Part shown: piece after piece, positions 11,900-25,940 of the stretch | How positions within the stretch are numbered: position 1 is the stretch's first letter | Layout of the letters: each line of letters starts with the position of its first letter | Assembly (NCBI GenBank): GCA_009602735.1 | Contig: WELA01003606.1 | Location: forward strand, 239,197-303,196 | DNA from: Mesotaenium endlicherianum | Taxonomy: Eukaryota | DNA: 64,000 nt | Direction: 5' to 3' | The notes under the pieces: generated by a model | The model's input: only the letters and a program-made list of their open reading frames with translations | Databases searched by the model: none | What the model was told of the DNA's origin: nothing | Translations under genes and position numbers: made by a program

Positions 11900-14800
11900 T
11901 TAGTCGGGCCAGCAGCGGCGCTCCCGGCACTTGGCCTCCGCCTCTTCACGAGTTATGATCGGCTGCCCCTTGCGCTGCACGGCCTTCCACCACTCCACCA
12001 GCTCCGACTGCGCCCCGCCATTGCCCAGCACAGAACAAGGTCCTTAAGCAATCAAGCAAACCGTCAGTCAGCTTGAACACAAGAGAGCCCGGAACCAAAG
12101 TCAGTCAGCTTGAGATCGAGAGAGATCCCTGCACGTGCAGGTATCCGCAGGGGCCAGGCGCAAAGCCAACGCCAGCAGCAGAAAGCAGATTGGTGACGAC
12201 AGTCTACAAAAAATCCAGAGTCTTCTTCGAAGTTGATACAGGAAGCTTTGGCACACCCGAAGAAAAGCACGCACCGGAGCTACCCTGGATCCCCCCTCCC
12301 GCCCCCCCTTTGGCCCCAGTTACAACACCTCTGGTTTCTAAAGGGAACCAGACGTGGAAAGTCCGAGGAAGGTGAGGCAATGGCGAGTGAAGCTGGCAAA
12401 TCAGCCAAGCCAGAGAGGGGATGAAAACGTAATGGGAAGAGCGTCTACGTCACAAGCGAAAGACAATTACCCCGCACCAGGGGGGAGAAACTCAAGAGAC
12501 AGGAGTCGGGAGGAGGGGGGGAAGGGGGAAGGCGGAAGGGGAGGGAGAGAGGAAGGGGGTAGCCCAATAGTACCTCCATGAAGGGCTTATTGGAGACGCA
12601 CTGGCTGTCCACACGATACTCCCCGTCCCCAAAGTCCACCACCAGCACCACCAACCCCCCCTGCGCTTCCGAGGAGGGGCCCCCTACTGCGGCAGCACTG
12701 CTGCTGTTCTTCTTGAGCTCAGAGCCTGCCCCCCCATCAAAAGACACGCACACACGCGCAGGTACAAACAGTAAGCACGTGTGCGTGCGCACACACACAC
12801 ACACACGCACACGCACACACACATGGGCACACAAACATACTCACACACAGACACACAAATGCACATGCACTCTCTCAATCTGCAGCTATCCATCCAGATA
12901 AACAGGCATACATTCATCCCTGGGGAAGGAGGCTCCCTAGCACAGAGGTGCTGCTCGAGCAGGCTGGAGTCGTCCGGCAGGGCACACTGGCGCGTAGCTA
13001 TGTCAGGCGCGTCACAGTGGAAAGTTGAGAGCGCATCACTTCGCATTTTTGTGCGTCACTTTCTGTGTGTCAAGGTGTCGCCAGTCATCTGAGTGCTGAG
13101 GAAAGCTCCACCCGCATGAAGAAGCCAACGCGGTGAGGGCGACCCACCCTGGATCTGCGCCATGCGGTAGCCCGAGCCGCCGAGGCCCTCCTGCTTCTTG
13201 CCAAAGCGCAGGCGCAGGAAGAAGCCCCCCACACGCGCATCCAGCTCCTCGGAATTGACCCACCTGCCGCTCCCAGCACGCGCACACAGGGCCACAAAGC
13301 AGCCAGCCGAGAAATGAGGAACTGTGTCAGAGTCGAAGCCTGAACCTGGGCCTGAGTCTGCATGCCTGCCTGGGCCTTTGCCTCGCCTTCCGTCCCTTAC
13401 CCCCCTCCCAATTTCTCCCTCCCCTCTCCCTCTCTCTGTCACACATTCCCTTCCTCTCTCCCTTCTTTTGCTCCATACAAAAGCCTACATAAGAGTGCTG
13501 AGAGGGCAAGAGGACAGAGGGCAGGACAAGAGGTCTTAAAATTTCCCTCAAGAGAAAGGTCGTGTGTGATGAAATAGATTGAGCACAATGAGCCCCACAT
13601 GTGCTTTCGCCTCCTCATTCAGCAGACCAAGGCCACGAATCCCCACACAATCTGCAACAGATGAGAGAGTGTGAGCACTCACAATCAAACAAGAGCAGCC
13701 ATCTTTGGACGACCCACGGGCAGCATTGACAGCCCAGCAGTCCTCATAAGAGACATGGAACAAACAGCTCTGGATGTGCCATTTCTTGGGAGGGGGCTGG
13801 GGGGGGCCAGGAGCTCAGGGTCAAGGACGAGGCGGATACAAGAGAAAAGGAGCCCGGGGGGAGGGGAGGGCTAGGAGGGGGGAGCAGTAAAAGAGGGACT
13901 ACTCACTTAAGGAGGTCTCTCCTGGAGAGCCGTATAGACTCCAGCGCGCCAAGCATGCCCGCGGGGATGCCCAGCTCCGCCATCTCAGCCTGCCGCTGAG
14001 CAGGTGTCAGCTCCGCACGCGCCTTGCCACCTGTCACGTCCTCGGGCAGCACCACGGCAGGGACCCCCTTGGGCACCCCTCCTGCCGCCGCCTGCCCCCC
14101 CCCATTCTGCGCGGGGCTGGAGGCGAGCTTCGACCCCGAGATGGTATTGGACTCCACGTTTGCACTTGCGCCGCCCGCAGGTCCTCTCGGGCCGAGGAGC
14201 GCCGCCGCGGGCGGCAGCAAGGCAGTCGCCAGCCCTGGGGTGGGCGGCTGCGCAGGCTCAAGCTCAGGCTCGGGATCAAGCTCGTGCTCCGGCACCTTCC
14301 TCCAGCCGCCCTCACCCCCAGCCCCACTCCCAACCCCAATTTCAAGCCCCCCAGCCTTGGCGACATGCGACCCACGCGCGAAGAAGCTCAAGCCCGCACC
14401 CCCGCCCCCGCCCCCGCCCCCGCNNNNNNNCCCCGCCCCCGCCCCCGCCTTGCTTCGGCTTCCTTTGCTGCTGCTGGGGCGGCTGCAGGTAGCGCGCATC
14501 CGGGTGCGAGTGCAGCCTGCTGCCGCCCACAGCCTCGTTGTCGCCCTGGGCGGCGCCGCGTCGCAGGCCCTCGCGGGGGCTCTCCCTCCAGCCGTTGCCG
14601 CCCTCCCTCCCAGAGCTGTGGTCCACCTCCATGCCCTCCCCTCCGCTGCCCACGCCCTCATTCTCGCCTGTGCCGCTGGCCTGCCCATCCCGGGCCGGGC
14701 CCACCAGATGTGCCTGGGCCACGCCTCTCAGCCCAGCCACAGCCGCAGCGGCAGCCGCGGCGCTTGGCAGCTGCACCGGCAGCACGAGTTCTTCTCTCGT

Positions 14801-17800
14801 CTCTCCCTTGTGGCCTGCTGCTGCCCTCTTCCTGCCCGGCGCCGGCACTGGCGCCTCGCTGGACTCAGCCTGCAGCATATCTCTGTCGCCGCTGCTCTCA
14901 GCCCAGCCCCCCCAGCTCTCCCCGCCCGCTGGAAGTGCCGCCGCAGCCGCTGTGGCCGTCTTCAAGTCGGGACCAGGGGGCTCCATCTCTGGAGCCAGCC
15001 CCCCCTGGCTCTGGTGGGCAAGAGCCCCCCTAGGAAGGGGCTGCTGCTGGTGCTGCTGCTGCAGGACGTCCCCGCCCCCACCCCACGCCCCTCCTGCCCG
15101 GTACGTGTGGCTCGATGCCCCCCCGCCCCCGAAGAAGACGGAGGAGGAGGCACGCGGGCGCACCATGGTGCGCTCGCGGTCGGCTGCGCGCTCGCGCGCG
15201 TGCACAGCGGCCTGCGTGGTGGTGAGCAGGCACTCGCTGCCCCAGTGGCCCACGTCGCCACAGCGCAGGCAGTAGGGGTGCTCGTCCTCTCGCGCCTGCT
15301 GCGCCTGCCGCTGCTGCGGGGTCTGCCCCGCCAGTGAAGCGAGGAGCTCGTTGCCCGCCTGGCGGGCGGCGGCCTCCGCACGCAGCGAGCGCATCTCGTG
15401 CTCACGCGTCTCGGAGCAGAAAGCCAGCGTGTGGCCCTTGAGGCCGCAGAAGGGGCAGAGGGGGCCACCGAAGCCGGCGCCGCCGGGGGCGCCAGCGCCA
15501 AGGGCCAGGTAGCCAGCCTCGCTGAACGCCAGGTGGCCGCTTGAAGGGACACCATCGGCGCGTGGGGGGCGGCTCGGTTGGTGCTGCTGCTGCTGCTCCC
15601 GCAGGAGCTCTTCGCGACACTTGGCGCTCTCCAGACGCCACACGCGCAACGCCGCCATGGAGGCTGCATGCTCTGAGAGCGTGGGGCCACCCTGCTCCTC
15701 GGCCCCGTCCGCCGAGTCGTCGCCCGCTGTCTCGTGTGGGGGCTCCTTGGCAGCTGGCAGCTGCAGAGGGCCCCTGCCCCCCTGCAGCTCCTTGCCCAGT
15801 GGCTTGGAAGTCCCAAAGGGCAGCTTGCCAAGTGGCGCACCAGCAGCGTGCTCGTGACGAGCTGCAGGGCCAGCCTCCACATGTCGCTCGGGCAGGTTAG
15901 GGTTGGGCAGGCCCAGATCCTCAGCCCATTGGCCAAAATCCATCTCCTTGTCAGTGCCAGCTGGCGCCACCAAGGGGTAGGGCATGTACGACATGAATCC
16001 TACACCTGCGGCTGGGCGGAGGCTCGGGGCCGGCACGTTCGGAGCAACTGCTGAGCTGTGGGTTTGCAAGGGTTTTAGGGCATTGTCTATCTGCCGAGCC
16101 TCAGGCCCCTGTACCTGCTCCCTTGTTCCAGGCCGTGGCGCCAGCTGTCCAGCAGAGCTGCCCATGAATCTCCCGATCCAGCGGTCCCGCATTGAGCCGT
16201 CTGCAACGGTCGCTGGGCCTGACGGGGTGGTATCAGGTGGCGTCTTTCCAAAGCCGCCGCCGGAAGCCATGGTGGACGTCGCCCCTTTGCTTCCTGTCTG
16301 TAAGACAGGCAAGCCGACAGCAGCCGTGCCCACAACAGCTGGTGTCGAGCCACTGGCAGCGACGCCCTCAGCCTTGGCAGCCTCCTCAGCTCGGGTGCGG
16401 GCCCCACCCAGCCCGCCCTCCTGCTGGGGGCTTGACAGCTGGAAGTTGCTGAACACAGTTTGCAGTCTTCGCTGGTCGACGTGCTGGTGGCCCCCCGCCT
16501 GTCCCCCTGCCGCCAGGTTCGATGACCCCCCTCCCGGTGCCAACTGTCCAGCAAGGGCATGGCTGCTCTCTGTGTTTGTCCCCCTCCCCCGCAGAGCCCC
16601 CCCAAAAAGCTCATCCTCACTCGTCTGCCCCCCCCCCAGCTGGCGAGCGCGCGCCTGCTGCGTGTCTGAGCTGTCAGTTGTCGTGGGGCCCGAGTGGCGG
16701 GGGCCAGATGGCACGACCTGCATCTCCCGCTCTCGCAGGGCGCGCTCCTCGTCGGAGCCCATCGAAGGGTGCCCATCTGTGCCACCGCTGCAGCTCTGTC
16801 CGCCAGGTGGCACCCCGAACATGTCGCCGCCGCCTGCTGGCACCATCACTTCCTCCCGATGATGTTGCTGCTGCTGCTGCTGCTGCGCCACCACCCTCTG
16901 CTGCAGCTGATGCTGCTGTTGCGCCACCACCCTCTGCTGCTGCTGATGCTGCTGCGGCTGCTGCGCCGCGGCCCTTTGCTGCAGCTGCTGTTGCTGAAGC
17001 GGCTGCGGCTGCAGGTGCTGCTCAGGCCCAGGCCCAGGCCACAAGACATCCATCATCGCCTCGTTGCGCATGCTCTCAGCGCGCGTGCCCCAGGAGGCCC
17101 CAGACCAGCCAGACATGGCCCCCCGGCTAGCGCCCAAGCCCAGCCGCGCGGCACGTGCCCCCGAACCTAGCGCCGCACCTCCCCCGGGGCTGGAAGAGCG
17201 CTCACCCATGCTCAAGTCCCCGCCGCCCGCGGGAGCGTCACCTCTCTCGTCGACTGCAGCCGCAACCGTCTCGAGCCTGCCAGCTGTTGCGCTTGCAACT
17301 GGCGCGCTTGCAAGCTCTCGTGTCTGCGGCGCACCGGCGGATAGGGGGCCAGCACCTGCTGCTAAACTCTCCCCCCCTGTGCCTGCACCCCTGGGGCCCA
17401 GATGATGATGGTGATACACATGCCCTCCTTGCCCTGCTGCCCCTGTCTGTGCAGCAGCAGCAGCTGTTGCTTGCATCAAGCCCTGGGAAGCAGCTGTGAG
17501 GCTGCCGTTGTTACTGTTGTTGTTGCCGTTGCCGTTGTTGCCGTCTTTGCTGCCGTGGATGACGTTGCTGCCAGGAGCAGCGCTGTCCAGGTGGCACCCC
17601 CCCGCAGCACCCGTGGTCTGGTGTTGAGTCTCCCCGCCCTCAGCAGGTGCAGCTGCTGCCACAGCACCTCCACCTCCCCCTACTCCTCCACGACCACCAC
17701 CCAACTGCTGCTGCTGCGGCTGCACGCACGGCATGCCCAGCTGGCCGCCCCCCCCACCAGCTGGCCGCGCGGGCTTTCCCCGACCAATGGCCGATAGCCA

Positions 17801-18135
17801 GCCGCGGAAGGATCCCAGCCCCTGCTTGGGCTCCCCCCCCCGTCCCTCCAAGGAGGGGAACAGCATGGCGCCCCCGTGCGCGAGCCCGGCCTGGCGCTGG
17901 AGCTCCATGCATCTCAGCTCGTCCGGCAGACTGTCCGTGAAGTACCGGATGTTGGCTGCCAGCAGCGCCTCCTGTTTGTTAGCGCCGCCGCTGCCGCTGC
18001 CGCCGCCGCCGCCGCCGCCACTACCACCGCCCTTGCCGCCGCCACCGCTGCCGTTGCTGCTAAGCCGCTTCTTACGGATCTCGTGGCTGTGGCTGCTCAC
18101 GCTGTGCAGGTCGCTGCCGACCCCCCGGGCGACGC

Positions 18136-18167
<32 letters not shown>

Positions 18168-21100
18168 CGCTCGCCCTCGGACGAGGTCTTGCGGCGGGGG
18201 GGCCGGGGCCGATCGCTGCGCTCGCGCCGCTTCTCGTTGCGCCGACGCTCTTCCCGCCGCTTCTCGCGCCGCCGCCTCTTCGCCTCCTTCTCCTCCTCCC
18301 CCTCCTCCTCGTCTCCTTCTTCCTCGGTGGTCCCCTTGCCGACACTTGGCGTGGGCCTAGACCTCCCGCCGTCGAGCCTCCCTGACAGGCTGCTCGAAGT
18401 GCTGGGCTGCTCAGACAGGCCCAAACTGTTCCCCCCCTCCCCCCGCCCCTCTGCCTCGCCCTCTGAGCTCCTCTGGGTCCCCAGCTCCTCACCACTCCCC
18501 CCCTTGGGAGGCCCCATGGCGCCAAACTCCAGCCCCTTCTGGTACATGCCCGGTCGAATCTGCCCCTGGTGCCTGCCCTCCACCAAGGAGCGCCCCTGCG
18601 AGGGCTTCTCCTGCCCCACACCTGAGGCACTTTCGACGCCACGGACAGCCCCCTTGCCAAGTAGCGTCCCGTGAGTGTGATGAATGTGTTGATGAGGCGG
18701 TGGAGGAGGAGGAGGAGGAGGTGGAGCATCACAAGTGTAGACCACCCCCACTGCTTGCACGACCACACCCGCACTCCCACCCATCTCCTTCTGTGGGCCA
18801 GGAGGGAGGGCGCGCCCCCCGTGTCCATCCCCCCGCTTAGCTCCCATCTGCCCCTCCTGCCACTTTTCGCGTCCCGGGCTTGGAAGCGCCAGCTCGTGCT
18901 TGCTTCGACCCAGAGAGACACCTGCGTGGTCCCCCCTAGCTGAGCCCGCATTGGCTGCGAGAAGCATGTGGCCCTCATTGTCCTGGAGCTGCAGGGCAAG
19001 ACCCAGGGGCTTGCCACCTGGCATGCTGTCATTGGACTCGACAAGCGGCACGGGCAGCCGCAGGCTGCTGCCGAGGATTGGGCTCACACTGCGTCTGCCG
19101 TCCTTGCTCCCCCCGACTCGCTCGACAGCTGTCTCCACCATGGCCCTCCTGGCCTCGTCCAGCTCCTGCGCGGATCCATCCCAGAACTTCATGAAGCGCC
19201 CGCCCTCCCTGCCTGCCGCTCCTCCCTTGCCTCTCCTGCCCCTCCCCCTCAAGCCCCCCCCGCCGGCAAACCCTGACGGCGCCGCTTGAGAGGGGCCGGC
19301 TGCCTGCGAGCTGATGACACCTGTCACGCCCTCGCTGCCCCCGGGCGCCTCTGCGCCCGTAGCTATGCCACCTCTGGCCGGCGCAAGCGCGCCCCCCTGA
19401 CTGGCGTTAGGCCGGTGCTGAAGATGTCCAGGTGCTTGCTCACCGGTAGGCACGGGCGCAGGACTGACACCTGTTGCAGCCCTGCCACCTTGCTGGACTG
19501 CCAGCTTCTGGCCCCAACTTTGGAACCTGCCCACAGCCGGGCTTGAAGAACTGACGGGCTGCAGGTGCACCCCCGCAGCCCCGGCAGCGGCGCCGCCCCC
19601 GCTCCACAGGGCCTCCCTATTTCCCAGCGACGTACTTCCGGAAGCGACTCCCGAGCCTGACCCCAGGCCGACACTCCAGCCCTGGCTTGCAGGTTGGGCC
19701 CCCCACCCAATGCTACTCTGCAAGCGCAAGCTAGGCCCCACCCCGGGAACTACCCGCAGGCTGCCACCTGTCAGCCCCATGCCCGCGCTCTCCAAATCAG
19801 TCATACCCGAGCTCCCTCCCACCCCGCTGCCACTCTGGCGGCCCCCACCCCCACCCCCGCCACCACTCCCCCTTTGCTGATAAGGGCCAGTCTTCCGGTA
19901 GCTCCGGGCCAGAGGGTTGATGCTCTCGCGCTTCTGCCCACTGACTTCCATGCCGCTGGTGCCCGAGCTAGGCTCGAATCTCCGCAGCCCCAAGGAGCCG
20001 GCAGTGTTGGTGTTGGTGCCAGGAACAGCAAAGAGCTCGCTGCTGCCAAGCGCATTCCTCTCCTGGGGGCTGGCGTGCCCCGAGTCCTTGCCACCTGTCT
20101 CTCTCAAAGAGCTCGCGCGGTCCCCCTGGGCGGCTGCTGCAGCCACCACCTGCACCTGCTGCCCGGAGGGCTCCAGGCCAACACCAGCACCCGCAGCAGC
20201 AGCTCCAGCCACGTCACGGGGCTCCACGGGGGCCTGGTGTTCTGCATCGTTAGTGCCGCCCAGTGCTGCCTGGCACGTCATCCTCCCTCTTGCGCGAGCC
20301 TTGGATTGCCTCTGCGGAAGGCTTAGAGTTGCTAGCTCCTCTTCCTCAGGGGGGGCATGCCGGCTGTTGTGCTTGTGGAAGAGGCCCGAGGACGCGGCCG
20401 CGACAGATGTCAGCGCGGTGCGCCTTGCTGCCCTCGCCTCAGGGCCCGCCACCTCATACGGGTACCTGCGCAAGCTGGCGGCGGCGGCAGCGTTTGCTTC
20501 TTGGCTCTCCAGGGCCCCCCCAGCACCCCCTGGCAGGTCCACTCCAAGAGGCCCGCAGGCGGCGCTCTCCTCCAGCGCCCTGAGATCCGTGCACGTTCGC
20601 GCTCTCCCGTGCGTCGTGAGCCTGCCACCTGGGCCAGCTGCTGCGTCCCCCCTCAGCGTGAAGAATGCGTGCTGCCCGGCAGCAGCAGGAGGAGGCTCCG
20701 CTGCAGGATACCCTTGCTGCTGCTGCTCCTGCTGTTGCTGGCTTGGGTTGCTGCACAGCTGCTGTGCCGACTGCCTGGGGAGAGGGGATGTTGGGTCCGA
20801 CGCCGCAAACGGCACTGACACCGACACTCCTCCTGCTGCTGCTGCTGCTCCCGCTCCTGCTCCTGCTCCTGCTCCCCCGCCCGGGGATGGCAGGTAGCTG
20901 TCGCCCGCTGTTAGCTTCTGCCTCTTAGCCTGGTTACCTGCGCTCACGTCTGCACAATGCCACCCACAAAGCCCCCCCCCCNGCTGCTCAGACAGGCCCA
21001 AACTGTTCCCCCCCTCCCCCCGCCCCTCTGCCTCGCCCTCTGAGCTCCTCTGGGTCCCCAGCTCCTCACCACTCCCCCCCTTGGGAGGCCCCATGGCGCC

Positions 21101-24100
21101 AAACTCCAGCCCCTTCTGGTACATGCCCGGTCGAATCTGCCCCTGGTGCCTGCCCTCCACCAAGGAGCGCCCCTGCGAGGGCTTCTCCTGCCCCACACCT
21201 GAGGCACTTTCGACGCCACGGACAGCCCCCTTGCCAAGTAGCGTCCCGTGAGTGTGATGAATGTGTTGATGAGGCGGTGGAGGAGGAGGAGGAGGAGGTG
21301 GAGCATCACAAGTGTAGACCACCCCCACTGCTTGCACGACCACACCCGCACTCCCACCCATCTCCTTCTGTGGGCCAGGAGGGAGGGCGCGCCCCCCGTG
21401 TCCATCCCCCCGCTTAGCTCCCATCTGCCCCTCCTGCCACTTTTCGCGTCCCGGGCTTGGAAGCGCCAGCTCGTGCTTGCTTCGACCCAGAGAGACACCT
21501 GCGTGGTCCCCCCTAGCTGAGCCCGCATTGGCTGCGAGAAGCATGTGGCCCTCATTGTCCTGGAGCTGCAGGGCAAGACCCAGGGGCTTGCCACCTGGCA
21601 TGCTGTCATTGGACTCGACAAGCGGCACGGGCAGCCGCAGGCTGCTGCCGAGGATTGGGCTCACACTGCGTCTGCCGTCCTTGCTCCCCCCGACTCGCTC
21701 GACAGCTGTCTCCACCATGGCCCTCCTGGCCTCGTCCAGCTCCTGCGCGGATCCATCCCAGAACTTCATGAAGCGCCCGCCCTCCCTGCCTGCCGCTCCT
21801 CCCTTGCCTCTCCTGCCCCTCCCCCTCAAGCCCCCCCCGCCGGCAAACCCTGACGGCGCCGCTTGAGAGGGGCCGGCTGCCTGCGAGCTGATGACACCTG
21901 TCACGCCCTCGCTGCCCCCGGGCGCCTCTGCGCCCGTAGCTATGCCACCTCTGGCCGGCGCAAGCGCGCCCCCCTGACTGGCGTTAGGCCGGTGCTGAAG
22001 ATGTCCAGGTGCTTGCTCACCGGTAGGCACGGGCGCAGGACTGACACCTGTTGCAGCCCTGCCACCTTGCTGGACTGCCAGCTTCTGGCCCCAACTTTGG
22101 AACCTGCCCACAGCCGGGCTTGAAGAACTGACGGGCTGCAGGTGCACCCCCGCAGCCCCGGCAGCGGCGCCGCCCCCGCTCCACAGGGCCTCCCTATTTC
22201 CCAGCGACGTACTTCCGGAAGCGACTCCCGAGCCTGACCCCAGGCCGACACTCCAGCCCTGGCTTGCAGGTTGGGCCCCCCACCCAATGCTACTCTGCAA
22301 GCGCAAGCTAGGCCCCACCCCGGGAACTACCCGCAGGCTGCCACCTGTCAGCCCCATGCCCGCGCTCTCCAAATCAGTCATACCCGAGCTCCCTCCCACC
22401 CCGCTGCCACTCTGGCGGCCCCCACCCCCACCCCCGCCACCACTCCCCCTTTGCTGATAAGGGCCAGTCTTCCGGTAGCTCCGGGCCAGAGGGTTGATGC
22501 TCTCGCGCTTCTGCCCACTGACTTCCATGCCGCTGGTGCCCGAGCTAGGCTCGAATCTCCGCAGCCCCAAGGAGCCGGCAGTGTTGGTGTTGGTGCCAGG
22601 AACAGCAAAGAGCTCGCTGCTGCCAAGCGCATTCCTCTCCTGGGGGCTGGCGTGCCCCGAGTCCTTGCCACCTGTCTCTCTCAAAGAGCTCGCGCGGTCC
22701 CCCTGGGCGGCTGCTGCAGCCACCACCTGCACCTGCTGCCCGGAGGGCTCCAGGCCAACACCAGCACCCGCAGCAGCAGCTCCAGCCACGTCACGGGGCT
22801 CCACGGGGGCCTGGTGTTCTGCATCGTTAGTGCCGCCCAGTGCTGCCTGGCACGTCATCCTCCCTCTTGCGCGAGCCTTGGATTGCCTCTGCGGAAGGCT
22901 TAGAGTTGCTAGCTCCTCTTCCTCAGGGGGGGCATGCCGGCTGTTGTGCTTGTGGAAGAGGCCCGAGGACGCGGCCGCGACAGATGTCAGCGCGGTGCGC
23001 CTTGCTGCCCTCGCCTCAGGGCCCGCCACCTCATACGGGTACCTGCGCAAGCTGGCGGCGGCGGCAGCGTTTGCTTCTTGGCTCTCCAGGGCCCCCCCAG
23101 CACCCCCTGGCAGGTCCACTCCAAGAGGCCCGCAGGCGGCGCTCTCCTCCAGCGCCCTGAGATCCGTGCACGTTCGCGCTCTCCCGTGCGTCGTGAGCCT
23201 GCCACCTGGGCCAGCTGCTGCGTCCCCCCTCAGCGTGAAGAATGCGTGCTGCCCGGCAGCAGCAGGAGGAGGCTCCGCTGCAGGATACCCTTGCTGCTGC
23301 TGCTCCTGCTGTTGCTGGCTTGGGTTGCTGCACAGCTGCTGTGCCGACTGCCTGGGGAGAGGGGATGTTGGGTCCGACGCCGCAAACGGCACTGACACCG
23401 ACACTCCTCCTGCTGCTGCTGCTGCTCCCGCTCCTGCTCCTGCTCCTGCTCCCCCGCCCGGGGATGGCAGGTAGCTGTCGCCCGCTGTTAGCTTCTGCCT
23501 CTTAGCCTGGTTACCTGCGCTCACGTCTGCACAATGCCACCCACAAAGCCCCCCCCCCNNNNNNNNNNNNNNNNNNNNNNNNNNNNNNNNNNNNNNNNNN
23601 NNNNNNNNNNNNNNNNNNNNNNNNNNNNNNNNNNNNNNNNNNNNNNNNNNNNNNNNNNNNNNNNNNNNNNNNNNNNNNNNNNNNNNNNNNNNNNNNNNNN
23701 NNNNNNNNNNNNNNNNNNNNNNNNNNNNNNNNNNNNNNNNNNNNNNNNNNNNNNNNNNNNNNNNNNNNNNNNNNNNNNNNNNNNNNNNNNNNNNNNNNNN
23801 NNNNNNNNNNNNNNNNNNNNNNNNNNNNNNNNNNNNNNNNNNNNNNNNNNNNNNNNNNNNNNNNNNNNNNNNNNNNNNNNCCCCCAAAAAAATAAAAAGA
23901 AAAACACACAACCACACCCATAGTGCAAGCACTAAGAAGGAGCTCCACAGGCATGCAGGAGTCGGCATGGCATCATACAGGGGATCAACGCGAGGACAAG
24001 ATCTGCTGGCTCGCAGTCGGTGCTCGCACTTGGAGCCCACTGACACAGCAGAACGAGTATAATCACGCACACGCACACACGTGCGGCGACTCAACATTGC

Positions 24101-25940
24101 GAGGCGTCGTTTCGAGAGACGGTGGAAGACAAGGAGGACGCACGGACCCGACCGCGCGCAGTCAGTCCCCTTTTACCCGAGTCCGACTCGCGCCTCATCT
24201 GTGCAAGAGCGCATGAGCTGACTGCTGCTGCCAAGCATACACGTCGGCAGAACACTAGAGGGCAGTGCAGACTGCAGGCCACCTGTTGCTACTTGGCGTG
24301 CCCACGTGGCAATAAGTGCTCTCTCCTGACTTCCTCCTCTGCCCTCCAGCATGAGGGTCAGTAACAAGACAAGCAGACACTTTCTCCAGCCTCACCTTCC
24401 TCTCCCTCTCCGTCTCCCTCTCCTCAAGGAATGCAATGCCTAAGTTTCGCAGAACCGTCATTGGACAATAAACCCCTAGTGCAGGGACGGCAGCCAAAGG
24501 GGATGGGACTTGGGGCTGCCACATAACTCTTCTAGACATACAAACGACGCGTGGTCACATGCAAGTGTTGCCATCTGTGCAGGGCGCCGGCAGGGTGCAC
24601 ATGCTTCCTAGAAAAGCTCCCCTGACTCTGTGGGGAGTCATCCCCTGTGTCAAGCTCGTGCAGCTTGGACATAAGTCGCTACACGTCGAACCCAGAGAGA
24701 CAGCAAGCAGCTTATGACCTGGCGTGTTGCAGTGGGACAACTGGGAGTTCTGCAAAGTGGACACGCATGCAGGAGTGTTGAAGCTTCTTAAAACCAGAAG
24801 ATCCTACCCATGGGGCGTATCAGATTGAGAGGGACACAGAGTGGAAGTGAAGCAGTGCAGAGCAGAGCAGCATAGAACAGGCCACCCAATGTGCATGCAG
24901 AGGAAATCACGTGCATCGTGTCCTGACATGAGGGTCAAGAGCATGCCCCCAATGTGCCTGACGACACATAAGATGCTCCATATGGCGCATGATCAGAGGC
25001 CCCCCCAGCCACCGTCGGGATCTATCCTCAATTATCAGGAGGGAGCCTGAGATGCAGGGGCAGGCGCAGGTGCAGGTACAGGTGCAGGTGGAAAAGGGGA
25101 GAGGAGGCTACCTTGAGCTTGAGCCTCCGACGGTCGTCGATTGGAGAGGTGCTGCTGCTGAAGCCTGCTCAGGAACGAGCACTGGCCCGGCTCCCTGCTG
25201 GGCTGGAGCGAGGGCGTGGGCGTGTGCGCCTCCTCGGTTGCCTCAGACCTGCTGCCCGCTGCCTGAGAAGTGCCACCAGTCAGGTCTGCGGCGCGAGAGG
25301 CGGTCCCCCTCTGCAATCCTTCCCAGTGACTGTCCCTCGGTCTGGGGGTCAGGCCTGCAGTCTGTGCACACACACCGCCAGCTGCTAGGCCATGCAGGAA
25401 GCTATTGAACTCTACCAAGTCCGGATCCACGCAAGGATTGTTGGGGTTAGCCCTTGCTTCCTTTGCGGGAGGTGAAGGCTCCTCGTCCTCCCCAAGAATG
25501 CCTGTCTTGTGAGAGGAAAGGACTAGCAGAGGCAGGGATGAGACGCTCTCTAGGAGTCTCCCTGCTCCTCCTGTTTCCTTCTCCTTCAGCTTCTGATCCA
25601 GCTGCTCCTCCCTCCCCTCAGTGCCCGGCCCCCCTGAGCTGCCAAGTGTCCGGCCTCCGCTGGAGCTTGCTGGTCCCCCAATGGCGATGCTCCTAGTATG
25701 CTGCTTCAGGGTTTCGACATATGGCAGGCCCTGAGGCTCCCAGCTGTGCTGCAGCTGTATGCTGAAGGAAGGGGGAGCAAAAGCCCCACCAATCTCTTCT
25801 TGCAAATCCGAACACAAAACTGTACTTAACCTAAAATGCGAATCTTCGAAGATTCGCGCCAACGGTTCCTTGTGCCGCCTCTTGGCTGCATCCTCGTCGT
25901 CGTCAACTCTTGTGCGCTGCTCAAAAGCAGAGAGCACAGC
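11900..25940 (-). CDS. TZP: TANDEM ZINC KNUCKLE/PLUS3 (TZP)-like protein, multi-exon. Supported exons: 11900-12007, 12574-12725, 13148-13263, 13907-~23515 (contains the artefactual duplication); probable upstream exon ~25112-25940
   Basis: Two CX2CX4HX4C knuckles (CPFCGLKGHTLAFC, CLRCGDVGHWGSEC). The spliced C-terminal Plus3 domain reads IRLSRRDLLK|WVNSEELDARVGGFFLRLRFGKKQEGLGGSGYRMAQIQ|G...VVDFGDGEYRVDSQCVSNKPFME|SELVEWWKA...*, with phase-compatible GT-AG introns. The 5' end is uncertain. Confidence 0.8.
18406..23558. repeat. Apparently exact 2576-bp tandem duplication (18406-20981 / 20983-23558) separated by one N; probable assembly artefact
   Basis: Identical translations offset by 2577; N at 20982; adjacent to a 322-N gap. 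Confidence 0.85.

Noticed and set aside
14004..23505. Many overlapping plus-strand and alternative-frame ORFs
   Set aside because: Shadow ORFs caused by high GC content opposite the real coding frame.
14342..24097. 3251-aa ORF with a large internal repeat
   Set aside because: Inflated by a duplication split by a single N and by read-through of N gaps and intron sequence. It is the large exon of the TZP-like gene, not a real repeat protein.
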